From the NCBI GenBank assembly GCA_963662465.1, contig OY759599.1:5344001-5408000 (forward strand): a stretch of DNA of 64,000 nt, given 5' to 3'. This document shows positions 9,885-18,950 of this stretch, one piece after another. The notes beneath the pieces are model-generated. The model did no database searches, had not been told where the DNA came from, and saw nothing but the letters and a program-made list of their open reading frames with translations. The stretch comes from Desulfatiglandales bacterium. Its GTDB lineage: Bacteria; Desulfobacterota; DSM-4660; Desulfatiglandales; Desulfatiglandaceae. The stretch's first letter is position 1. Each line of letters begins with the position of its first letter. Position numbers and translations under genes: made by a program.

Positions 9885-10658
9885 GAAAGGATGATCGCCT
9901 CGTTTAACTCCCAGAATATAATGAAAGTTTTGCTTTTGTATTTCCTCTATATGGGGTGCATTCGAACTTAACGCGTCTTCTGTAATGATGAGAGACAGAT
10001 GCGGATGATCCCTTTTCAGCTTACTCAAGAAACGTTTCGCTGCATTACGCTCACAGTCGTTTTTGCTTTGGCCGTCCTGCTTTACTATGAATTCCGGAGC
10101 AAGCGGAATGACCTCTTTGAAATCGGGATGCACAATCGCTGCCCCCAGCATCTGCTGGTAATAGGTCTTTTCGCCGGTTTTTTTCGATACTTTTACCAAA
10201 CAATTATCAGAGTAGAGCTTTTTCGAAGAGAAAAAGCCCGTTCCATCCAAAGATAGAAGATAACATCCTTCGAAAAAAGTCATACGTTCAAGCACTTTTC
10301 CTCTTTGCAGTTCCCAGAAGATATTCCTAAACGGTTTCCGAAGTTCTTCTGCGAGTACTTCATCAAGAATAGTGCGCATCTGACTGTCGCAAGGAACTTT
10401 TCCTATATGGTATATTCCAGCCAGATTACTATCGGTTTTTCTTCTTCCATCAAAAGCAAGCAATGAGGGATCCTTGAGCGAAAACATTGAAAACCCGGAC
10501 ATCAGTGCATCCGCCATTGGGATTTCGGGATCCTCACGATAGTCAGACACCTCCGAAAAATCTTTATGCAAACGTTTGAGCATTGCGTCTGCATTTAGAT
10601 GCTTGCGAATTCCAATCTTGCCCTTTTGTTTTTTTCTTTCTTGGCGTGTGATTCCCAT
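9885..10658 (-). pseudogene. Truncated DDE transposase (IS4-like/ISNCY), C-terminal part lost
   Basis: MSGFSMFSLKDPSLLAFD, LSLDGTG, KQDGQSKNDCERNAAKR, ITEDALSSNAPHI; frame ends at GDHPFL at the ISAzo13/IS21 junction; probable outer TIR CAGCAATTCCCGCTCA ending at 10848 (minus strand). Confidence 0.8.
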
Positions 10659-10875
10659 AGGGAGTAATCATCGTTCAAGTTGCTCCCAAAGTCCAGTTTT
10701 TCCTGAAAGATGCCAAATTTTTTTTTATTTCTTTTGAAAATTTGAGAAAAAAGCCTTTCTGGGTTATTCATTCAATGTAAACCTTTACGAAAAGGAAATA
10801 CCAAAATGTACTGTTTTCAGGCCTTTCAAGGGTGAGCGGGAATTGCTGTACCTCCTTTAATCTTGATTTAAAGAC

Positions 10876-11252
10876 CTATTTTTTCTTTGAAATGATGACG
10901 TACCTGCTAGTTACACCGATTATTTTTTTCTTTTGCATAGCGGATACTACATTTGCCTTAAAACGCTCTGAGGAGAGTGGCGCCTGAAAAATATGAGTTT
11001 CCTGCCAGCCGCTTTGATTTAGAATCCAAAGGTAATCATTGATTAAAATCGAATTCACCCGGGTCTCATTTTTGGCAGGGGTGTTTTGGAAATCGCGCCA
11101 GTCAGCATTGATAAATGCCATCTGTGTACTCTGTTTGGCGTTCAGGTGTGCCAGCGTAAAAAAGCTTTTTAGAAATTTTAAATAGTTCGCTTTTGACATT
11201 CCTGATATGCCATCAGGATCGTAGTTGTTTGATTGCTTTTTAAAATAATAGA
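10876..11252 (-). pseudogene. C-terminal fragment of a probable DNA methyltransferase-like protein, cut by the mini ISL3-like element
   Basis: YYFKK...YLKFLKSFF..AH..AK.ST.MAFINADW resembles the region after the (D/S)PPY motif of N6/N4 methylases; 5' part replaced by the IR at 11253. Confidence 0.35.
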
Positions 11253-11695
11253 GGCTCATCGCGGATTGACGTGAAAACATTCCCGGAGGGGAAAAGTTGT
11301 ATAGTCCGTAGGTCAGGTTGTCCCGCGTTCACTTTTTTACCTCGAAATTTCGATTTTCATGCCAGCCCCCATGAACGTACAAAATTCCACATGTCCACAC
11401 GCGGGATTACCTGACATTGATTCGGCATAAACCGATAATCCCATTGGCGACGTTGGGGTGGTGAGAATGTCAGGGAACGGCGCGTTGAGGTTTTTTCGGT
11501 CGTTTGATGGATTTCAACCCATTTGGGGTTCAACAGCGTCAGAGGAAAAAACGGGACGCGCCGCACCCTGACCTACCACGTGGGAAAAATAACCATGGGA
11601 TCGTCGGGTTCCGAATACATACGATTCTTTATGACGAATGCACCGAGGTTTTTCTTGGTGACGAAACATTTTTTCACGTTAATCCGCGTTGAGCC
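11253..11695. mobile_element. Non-autonomous/internally deleted ISL3-like element (443 bp)
   Basis: Imperfect TIR GGCTCATCGCGGATTGACGTGAAAA vs revcomp GGCTCAACGCGGATTAACGTGAAAA; GGCTC ends are typical of ISL3; no intact ORF and no TSD seen. Confidence 0.65.
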
Positions 11696-11710
11696 GAAAT
11701 TTTAAAAACA

Positions 11711-11793
11711 AATATCGAATATCGAACAAGGAATGTCGAATTATGAAGTTTTCCTTCGACATTCGTTATTCCTTGTTCGATATTTTGCGGTTC
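11711..11793. repeat. Palindromic heptad-unit (CGAATAT/CGAACAA) intergenic repeat, copy 1
   Basis: aatatcgaatatcgaacaaggaatgtcgaa...ttcgacattcgttattccttgttcgatattttgcggttc; inverted homolog of 13022-13118. Confidence 0.8.
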
Positions 11794-12023
11794 AAAAAGA
11801 GGCATTAAATACAACGTGTTACAAATGTGAGAGATAAACTCTCAGAATGAAACTGTAAGAATCTAACCCCTTCCAAAACCAAAGTCAAGATTCTGAAATT
11901 ACAGGTTCATTTTCTTTTGACAGGCCCGTTGTAAAGAAGCGGGGAACGCTCTTCCGTTATTCAGTCGAGTGCCATCCCCGGCGGGTGGGAAGGCTATTGA
12001 AGTCGCAGCAAGTTAGGCACATT

Positions 12024-12242
12024 TCACGCCACTTGATAGATCAATGGACGAAAATGAGGGGTTGGTATCGGTTTGCCATTGGCACGTGCTGCTTCAAGCC
12101 ATGCCTTTTTTGCCTTCAACGCTTCCCGCAATGCTTCCTCCGGCGTTTTGCCAAAGGCCGAGCAATGTTTCAAGTCAGGAATATCTGCAATGTAGCCCTC
12201 ATCCTCTTCGCTGTAAAACACATTGACATGATACTCTTTCAG
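12024..12242 (-). CDS. hicB: HicB family antitoxin (short form); start codon appears to be CTG (degenerate ATG)
   Basis: KEYHVNVFYSEEDEGYIADIPDLKHCSAFGKTPEEALRE...WLEAARANGKPIPTP. Confidence 0.85.
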   Translation of the reverse strand: MKEYHVNVFYSEEDEGYIADIPDLKHCSAFGKTPEEALREALKAKKAWLEAARANGKPIPTPHFRPLIYQVA

Positions 12243-12493
12243 TTGCCATCCTCCATTTTAAGATCATACCGTTCAATAAGTTGCAGTAGTTGTTTTACCT
12301 GATATGGTTTTGCTTTTCCGTTGACATCTTGAAGGTTTACCAGTTCTGATACCTCGGGATGTGCAAAAATGTGATGGCTCCCATTGATACGCTGTTACCG
12401 AGATCCAAAGATCTCAGCACCTGCAACCGCCTCAGAAAACCGGATATTTTTTGAACCGGAAAGCAGTTTTTGCAACAGTTTGCTTTTATTCAT
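12239..12493 (-). pseudogene. hicA: HicA family toxin with internal TAA stop
   Basis: Manual translation MNKSKLLQKLLSGSKNIRFSEAVAGAEIFGSR*QRINGSHHIFAHPEVSELVNLQDVNGKAKPYQVKQLLQLIERYDL; GSH motif; coupled to hicB. Confidence 0.85.
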
Positions 12494-12568
12494 ATCTTTC
12501 TCGTGTATCGATATCTTTCGTGGATTTTCGCGTGTGAAAAAAGCGGGACGTTATCATTGAGTAACTAA

Positions 12569-12673
12569 AGGGAATTGGTATGGCCCGTAATCATTGGAAC
12601 AGTTCGTGATCAGAGTCGGCAGGCCGTATGTCCTGAAATAGGCCCGAACGAAATGATCCGAACCGGCTTTTGA
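12569..12673 (-). pseudogene. rfbB: ~35-codon internal fragment of dTDP-glucose 4,6-dehydratase
   Basis: Manual translation [35 protein letters not shown] matches the conserved RfbB/RmlB segment. Confidence 0.8.
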
Positions 12674-12689
12674 GGAGGTGATGTGTTTT

Positions 12690-12920
12690 TCAGGCATAAG
12701 CGGGAGGCTGTATCCCCATATTTTCCATCAGTTCCGTAAGAGAAACTTTTCGATAAAGTGCCAATTCTGATAGATATCGCATGCGCTGAGCTTCCATTTT
12801 TTCGATTTGGTCTGTTAATCGCAACAATTCACTATATTCTTCTGAACTTAGTGCCTCATCCCGCCTTTTATCAATTAGTTCATCATATTGTTCCTGAACT
12901 TCTGCCGGCAATCCTTGATT
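12690..12920 (-). pseudogene. C-terminal part of a helical antitoxin-like hypothetical protein
   Basis: NQGLPAEVQEQYDELIDKRRDEALSSEEYSELLRLTDQIE..EAQRMRYLSELA; no good start, 5' part replaced by REP/repeat sequence. Confidence 0.5.
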
Positions 12921-12929
12921 CGCAGGTCC

Positions 12930-12956
12930 GTAGGGGCGGACCTATGTGTCCGCCCT
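12930..12956 (+). repeat. GTAG-type REP-like palindrome
   Basis: GTAG-GGGCGGAC-ctatgt-GTCCGCCC. Confidence 0.65.
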
Positions 12957-13021
12957 TCTTGTTTGGGCCCGCCTGTATAACTTTTTTGGGGTTGGTTTTA
13001 ATTTCGCCCACTGTTAAAAGA

Positions 13022-13118
13022 GAACCGCAGAATGTCGAACAAGGAATATCGAATGTCGAAGTATAATGCGCTGTTTTGATTTCATAATTCAACATTCCCT
13101 GTTCGACATTCGACATTC
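13022..13118. repeat. Palindromic heptad-unit intergenic repeat, copy 2
   Basis: gaaccgcagaatgtcgaacaaggaatatcgaatgtcgaag...ttcaacattccctgttcgacattcgacattc. Confidence 0.8.
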
Positions 13119-13228
13119 AAAACATACTGGTGGGCGATGTTAGAACCAAGCCCGAAAATACCAAGGAAACAATGAATAAGCACAACGCCAAAGCCTCACG
13201 ACCCTTCACATCCGTCGCAATTGCATTG

Positions 13229-13564
13229 TTATGCTCCGGCGCTATGCTGTAAACTATTGCCGGCATCTTTAATAGGGATAATTCGTCGTTTAATATCCGC
13301 CCAAATTTTATGTTTCATCATTCGCAGATCATATTCAGTTTGCAGATTTAGCCAAAACTGAGCTTCAACCCCAAAATACCGCTGTAGCCTCAAGGCTGTG
13401 TCAGCAGTAATGGACCTTTTTCCATTCACAATTTCACTTACCCTGTTGGGGGAAACTGAGAGTTCCCGAGAAAGCTGGTTAATGCTGATGTCTAATGGTT
13501 CTAGAAAATCCTCACGAAGGATTTCACCCGGTTTTATTGGGTCAAGATTTTTTTTTGCACTCAT
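13229..13564 (-). CDS. higA: HigA/VapI family antitoxin (Xre HTH)
   Basis: PIKPGEILREDFLEPL...RVSEIVNGKRSITADTALRLQRYFGVEAQFWLNLQ.EYDL. Confidence 0.93.
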   Translation of the reverse strand: MSAKKNLDPIKPGEILREDFLEPLDISINQLSRELSVSPNRVSEIVNGKRSITADTALRLQRYFGVEAQFWLNLQTEYDLRMMKHKIWADIKRRIIPIKDAGNSLQHSAGA

Positions 13565-13613
13565 AGGGACACCTCAGTGATAGTCCGTAATTTCAACATG
13601 GGTCGCATTACCG

Positions 13614-16346
13614 CTTATCGTTCGCGTTTTAAAAATAAGTTCTGCAAATTTTGCCGAGGAGGCAGGCAGCACTTACTTGGCGGAACAACATCTCCACGAT
13701 AAAATACGATATCAGAGGCATTGGTAGTACATCCCCGGTAAGGATACAGGCCCATAAGGGGAACAGGAACGAGCGCCTTGATAGATTGATTCGAAATTGT
13801 CGTAATTCATAGCTATTATTATTTTTTAATGGATTCAAAAACAATACGATAACATGCTGGAATAACGATGGACATTCACAGCTGTTTGTATTATATTAGT
13901 TTCCCAACATTACAACCACTTGAAATAACAGGGGAACTATATGAACCGACATGTGACGCATGTGTTCATTTTCGCATCAGTGTGTTTTTTGGTTTGGTTT
14001 TGCAGTTTTTCAAAGGTGCAGGCATCACCTGTTTCAGCAGGTACTGGAAATAATATAAATGCCGGTGCATCATCAAATCAACAAACTGGTCAATCTGAAA
14101 ATCAACCCAGACCTTTCGGTCAGAAGAATGATCGGCAGAAAATCCCAAAGCTTGAACGAAACAGGCTGGAAGAAGGTAAAAAATCAGCACCTGTAAGGAA
14201 ACGAAAAAAAAAGAAAAAATCAAATAAAACGAAAACTGCCAAGAAAAAGCGTGAGGGAACTCTATCATCGGATGATGATGCCTCTCACATTGCAAACAAA
14301 AGGAAAAAGGTCAAAAAGATTAACGTTACAGCAGAAAGAGTTGACGATATACCCCTATTGATAAAGGCCATGGTGAAAATGGGTATACAAGAAGCTATAG
14401 ACCAACACATCCCAGTTCAAAAGAACCAAAGAGATTTGAGCTGGGGATGGACGGCTGTTATATGGTTGGCATATATGTTATCGGAGGGAGACCATCGCAA
14501 AGTAGTCGTCCGGGAATATGTATCTGGAATGCGGCATACCTTAATCGAATTAACAGGATTGATAATCTCCGAAAATGATTTCACAGACGATCGTTTAGCG
14601 AATCTTGCCAGGTATTTAAGCGATAACGATATTTGGAGCAAAGTTGAAGAGAGAATAAGTGGCAATACGATTGAAGCATATGAGTTGCCGGAAGAAACTG
14701 TCAGGGTTGATGCTACGACTGTATCCGGCTACCACAAAACAGTTGAAGGTGGGATATTCCAATTTGGTGTTAGTAAAGACGACCCCAATAGACCGCAAAT
14801 AAAAATCATGACGGGTTCGCTGGATCCTCTTGGGATGCCGTTAGCCACGGATGTTGTTCCAGGGCAAATGGCCGATGACAAATTGTATGCACCTATCATA
14901 AGTCGCATTCACTCTATGCTCCAGAAACAAGGTGTCCTTTATGTGGGCGATTGCAAACTGAGTTCTCTTGAAAATCGTTTACACATTAAGGAAAAAGCGG
15001 AAGGACATTACTTATGTCCATTGCCTAATACTGGGAAAACCCCAGAATATATGGAGAAATGGATAGATGAAGGAAATTTGAAAGACAAAAAGAACGAGTT
15101 GATAAAGTACATCGTCCAAGACGATAAAGGTCAAGAGGAACTGAAAGCAAAAGGGTATGAGATAGAGCGTAACCAATCTGGTGAAATAAATGGAAAAGTG
15201 CTGAAATGGAAGGAACGCGTATTGATTGTAAAATCACCAGCGTATGAAAAGCAAAAAGAACTGGGATTGGAACGACGGCTTAAAAGCGCCGAGGAAAAAT
15301 TATATGCTCTGACACCACCAAGAGGCCCGGGGAAAAGGCAGATCAAAGAAAGAGAAAAATTAATAGAATCAGCAAAATCGATTTTGAAAAAACATAGGGT
15401 GAAAGATTTCCTTAAATATGAATATGTGCGGGAAGTAGAAAGTAAAACGAAATATATTGGTAAAGGTAGAGGGAGTGTCAAAAGAGAAAAAGGTTGAAGA
15501 AAGAATACGTTATCAAATAACAAAAGTGACACGGATTAAGGAAGCAATAGATGCGGAGAAGAAGAAGTATGGGTGGAAGGCCTATGTTACAGATGTATCA
15601 AAGGAGCGACTTGATTTTATTGATGTAGTTAGGTCTTATCGAAAACAATACCGGGTTGAACGAATATTTAACCGACTGAAAAGTAGGCTAAACATCGCTC
15701 CATTTTACGTAAAAAGGGAAGATCAAGTTAAAGGAATAACGCATCTTCTGATGATAGGAGTCAGGGTAATTACTCTGGTTGAATTTGTTGTTCGCCGCTC
15801 ATTAGCAAGAAGCGACGAAAAGCTTGTTGGATTGCACCTGGGAAATCCCAAGAAAGCTACGAACAATCCAACGTGTGAGAAGCTATTAAATGCTTTCAGC
15901 AAAATTACATTAACGATAATTGAAACAGGAGATAGTGTGATAAGACATCTAACCCCACTTTCTCAATTGCAACGTGAAATTCTAAAACACTTTGGACTTA
16001 GCACTTCTATATACGATAATTTAGAAGTTATGCAATAGTAAAATATTATCGTCATAGTCCTTACAGGTTGTCACAATTGAAATACAGATTTTACGACAAT
16101 TTATATGATTGTTGGAGATATGGAACGATGGTGTTTTACGCACGATCCATTCCATTTTCTGCCCTATTGTGTTGTTCCAATATTCGACGTGTGTTGTTTT
16201 TCAGGCTTTACTAACCCATGGATGCATGTTGCTCAAAAAGACTCCTGGTAGGCTTTCCGGAAATAACTTTTCCCCCTGCCAAGAGAGGTACCCTCTACCA
16301 GATTTCGAAATTAATCGAAGTGCAAATTTAAAACGCGAACGATAAG
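13614..16346 (+). mobile_element. IS1634-family IS (2733 bp), 6-bp TSD TTACCG
   Basis: Perfect 20-bp TIR CTTATCGTTCGCGTTTTAAA; TTACCG at 13608-13613 and 16347-16352. Confidence 0.92.
13941..16038 (+). pseudogene. IS1634 family transposase, frameshifted near 15480-15495 (ORFs 13941-15497 and 15457-16038)
   Basis: ERVDDIPLL, VRVDATT, FGVSKDDPNRPQIK, YVGDCK, YRKQYRVERIFNRLK. Confidence 0.85.
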
Positions 16347-16678
16347 TTACCGTCATTCCATTCGAAACATACGCGCCACTGCTTATTGATAGTGATAGCA
16401 TATTGCCCTTTTCGATCCTCAGAAAGAGCATGAAATTTGTTTCTTGGGTTAAGCATCAACGCTTTTATGCTGGGGGCGGCATGAAGAACCATTAAGCGTT
16501 TTCTTGCCTGCCTTTCAAAGACTTGAAAGCGGCGTACCCGCTGATCATTAAATAGTTTTTCAGTATCTCGGCAGGCAAATGATCTAATCATGCCTAAAAT
16601 GTATTACGCAAGGCGTAATATGTCAATGTAATGCGTGGAATCCCAGCAAAGAGGTTGCGAAGGGTGGAGACCATCAGC

Positions 16679-16851
16679 GTTTTGCCGAAGCGGCGGGGGA
16701 GGGCCATGAAGTAGTAGCGGCCCTCCTCCAGCATTCGGAGAATCCAGGGGGTCTTGTCCACATACAAAAACCCCTCACTGCGAATGATCTCAAAGGATTG
16801 CAGGTCAATGGGCAGTTTGAGAGGGGGCATTTGGCTGAATCTCCTTAAAAA
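16679..16851 (-). pseudogene. N-terminal fragment of an AAA-ATPase-like (AAA + PD-(D/E)XK) protein, direct-repeat copy 1
   Basis: KLPIDLQSFEIIRSEGFLYVDKT...YYFMALPRRFGKTL; 173-bp near-identical copy at 21922-22094. Confidence 0.8.
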
Positions 16852-17201
16852 ACAAAGGGCTTTTTGAATTTCTTTCAGGATGCTTTAACGGGCCGTCAAT
16901 TGTCAAACAAAAAACAAATAATGGTGGGCGAAGTTAGAACCAAGACCCAAAATCCAATGACGCACCGCATTTCTCTTGCTCCTGAAACCCTTTTATTCTA
17001 TACTTTCCATAAAAAAAACGAAGTTTTAGCGCTTCGTCAATATTGTATCATAGTGCCTGAACGAAAACCTCTAAACATCGTTTTCCAATTTTCGTTAGAG
17101 ATTTACAACTAGATGATATGGTTTCGCTTTTTCACTTAAAACTTAAAACCGTGCCTGAACGGCTTTTTCGTTCAGGCACTATCATAGGATAGGAATTCAG
17201 C

Positions 17202-17567
17202 ATGGACGGGCTAGGTTTGACATCGGATACTGACGGCAAAGACAAGCCGGCGTCAGAGGGATTGCCGCACAATCTTCGAACTTTTTTCTGGGATGTGGAT
17301 ACTGGCAGACTCTCCATTACCGGGTCGGCCCATTTTATCATCGGCCGTTTGATGGAACATGGCGATGAAGACGCGGTGAGATTCCTCTTTAAAAGTTACA
17401 GCCGTGATGAACTGGTCCAGGTTTTGAGAAAGAACAGGACCATTTCAAGGCGTTCACATGTTTTCTGGCGCCTTTTCCTTGGAATCGAAGAAAAATCATG
17501 TACACTGAAACGATATCCAACGCCTTATGGCAACTGCTCAAACGCCTCGATGGATTCCCGGAGTTAA
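17202..17567 (+). CDS. Putative antitoxin (DUF6922-like) of an AbiE-type pair
   Basis: LRTFFWDVD...FIIGRLMEHGDEDAVRFL..YSRDEL...FWRLFL; overlaps the downstream nucleotidyltransferase gene. Confidence 0.75.
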   Translation: MDGLGLTSDTDGKDKPASEGLPHNLRTFFWDVDTGRLSITGSAHFIIGRLMEHGDEDAVRFLFKSYSRDELVQVLRKNRTISRRSHVFWRLFLGIEEKSCTLKRYPTPYGNCSNASMDSRS

Positions 17568-18142
17568 AAATCGCGTATCTGGGGGGTGGAACAGCTCTGG
17601 CGCTTCAATTGGGACATCGCCGTTCTGATGATCTCGACTTTTTCCTTCCGGAAGACTTTAATATACAGACTCTGCTGCGAGAGTTCGGAAAACAGGACAT
17701 GACAATCACGGTTCTCGCTCAGACATCACGCCACACGGAACTTATCGTTCAGTCCTTAAAAGTCGATCTCATCGAAGAGCAGATCCCCCTGACGCGCCCG
17801 GCTCGATTGATCCATCGGGAAATCAGGAATCTGAATATGGCGGATGCCGTGGATATTGGGCGTATGAAACTTCTGACCATCGGGAGCAGGGGCGGCAGGA
17901 AGGATTTTGTCGACCTTTTCTGTCTTACGAGAGACATAATTTCTCTAAAGTCTCTGATCGCCTTGTCCATTGAAGAAAACCGGGGCATCAGGTACAGCAA
18001 ACTATTGTTCTTAAAGGGCCTCGTGGATTTTGAAACGGCCGACCTGGAACCGGATCCTGTCATGATCTGGGAAATAGACTGGGATACTGTGAAAAAAACC
18101 CTGATCGCTGAGGTAAAACAAATCGCCGGTGAGATTTGTTAA
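17498..18142 (+). CDS. Nucleotidyltransferase AbiEii/AbiGii toxin family protein
   Basis: YLGGGTALALQLGHRRSDDLDFF, MKL.TIGSRGGRKDFVDLF. Confidence 0.88.
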   Translation: MYTETISNALWQLLKRLDGFPELKIAYLGGGTALALQLGHRRSDDLDFFLPEDFNIQTLLREFGKQDMTITVLAQTSRHTELIVQSLKVDLIEEQIPLTRPARLIHREIRNLNMADAVDIGRMKLLTIGSRGGRKDFVDLFCLTRDIISLKSLIALSIEENRGIRYSKLLFLKGLVDFETADLEPDPVMIWEIDWDTVKKTLIAEVKQIAGEIC

Positions 18143-18298
18143 TCCACTTTGATCCAAAATATTGCATGAGCGCGTTTTCTGAGAAATGCAAAGGCGTCTT
18201 TGCGGGACATTTCAGATAGCCGGTTTGAAACAGCAGGGCCCCCACGCCCAAACGCTCTAGGTCGTACACACTGAAAAGGGATTGTAAACCTGTTATAT

Positions 18299-18757
18299 TT
18301 AGAAAGACAACATCCTATCCCCACCGATCACACCCTCCACCGTCTCCGGGCGGTTTTTTTGTTTGGTGGATCGTTCTTCTAAATATTGTTCCGCAGCATC
18401 TACCAACAACTGAGATCTTTTCATTCCGGCGCTTGTCCTGTATTCATCTACTCGAACCAACAGTTTTTCCGGGAAAATCACATTAAATCGTTTGGTCTTT
18501 GTATATTTCTTTTTGATAGATTCATTCACCGGAATCGGTATGATTTCAGATTCCGGATTTTCGCTCTGCAACTTTTCACGAGACGATTTTTGATGTACCA
18601 CTGTCTCCTGTTCAGATAAACATGCAGCCAAAGCATCAACCCCCATTTTATAGGCTTCATCCCAGGTTTTACCGAAGGTCTCACAGATTTCCACATCTGG
18701 AATTGAGACTAAGACATTATCATCTTCTTTTGTGAAGACAGCGTAAAAAAACTCCAT
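18299..18757 (-). CDS. hicB: HicB family antitoxin with C-terminal RHH domain
   Basis: FYAVFTKE...VSIPDVEICETFGKTWDEAYKMGVDAL; TKRFNVIFPEKLLVRVDEY....MKRSQLLVDAA. Confidence 0.88.
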   Translation of the reverse strand: MEFFYAVFTKEDDNVLVSIPDVEICETFGKTWDEAYKMGVDALAACLSEQETVVHQKSSREKLQSENPESEIIPIPVNESIKKKYTKTKRFNVIFPEKLLVRVDEYRTSAGMKRSQLLVDAAEQYLEERSTKQKNRPETVEGVIGGDRMLSF

Positions 18758-18889
18758 TTTTGCCTCCTTTTTTATTCTTTAATTCCGGCTCGTTTCAAAA
18801 TATTGTTTACCGTTATATAATAAAAAACCAACAGGTTACACTCCCCATTACAGCATAAATAAATATTTTTCAATAGCTATCGAAAAAAG

Positions 18890-18949
18890 AAACCTCCTGT
18901 TAAGATGAAGTCGCTTTCCAAACAACTTTAACTTAAAAAGGAGGTTTCA
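18890..18949 (+). promoter_or_regulatory. RBS-sequestering hairpin of the IS110 transposase gene
   Basis: GAAACCTCCT...AGGAGGTTTC inverted repeat covering the Shine-Dalgarno. Confidence 0.6.
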
Positions 18950-18950
18950 A

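Larger units (their letters stand above)
13576..16591 (-). pseudogene. higB: HigB (RelE/ParE-like) toxin split by IS1634: N part 16347-16591, C part ~13576-13613
   Basis: Removing the IS and one TSD restores MIRSFACRDTEKLF...INKQWRVCFEWNDGN-ATHVEITDYH* directly upstream of higA. Confidence 0.9.

Noticed and set aside
12395..12397. Recoding (Sec/Pyl) of the hicA internal stop
   Set aside because: The codon is TAA, not TGA or TAG
11711..13118. Short repeats considered as a CRISPR array
   Set aside because: No constant repeat with unique, regularly sized spacers; no cas genes in the window
15470..15500. Programmed frameshift in the IS1634 transposase
   Set aside because: It needs a +1/-2 shift late in the gene with only an A5 run, and IS1634 is not known for this; an indel or sequencing error is more likely
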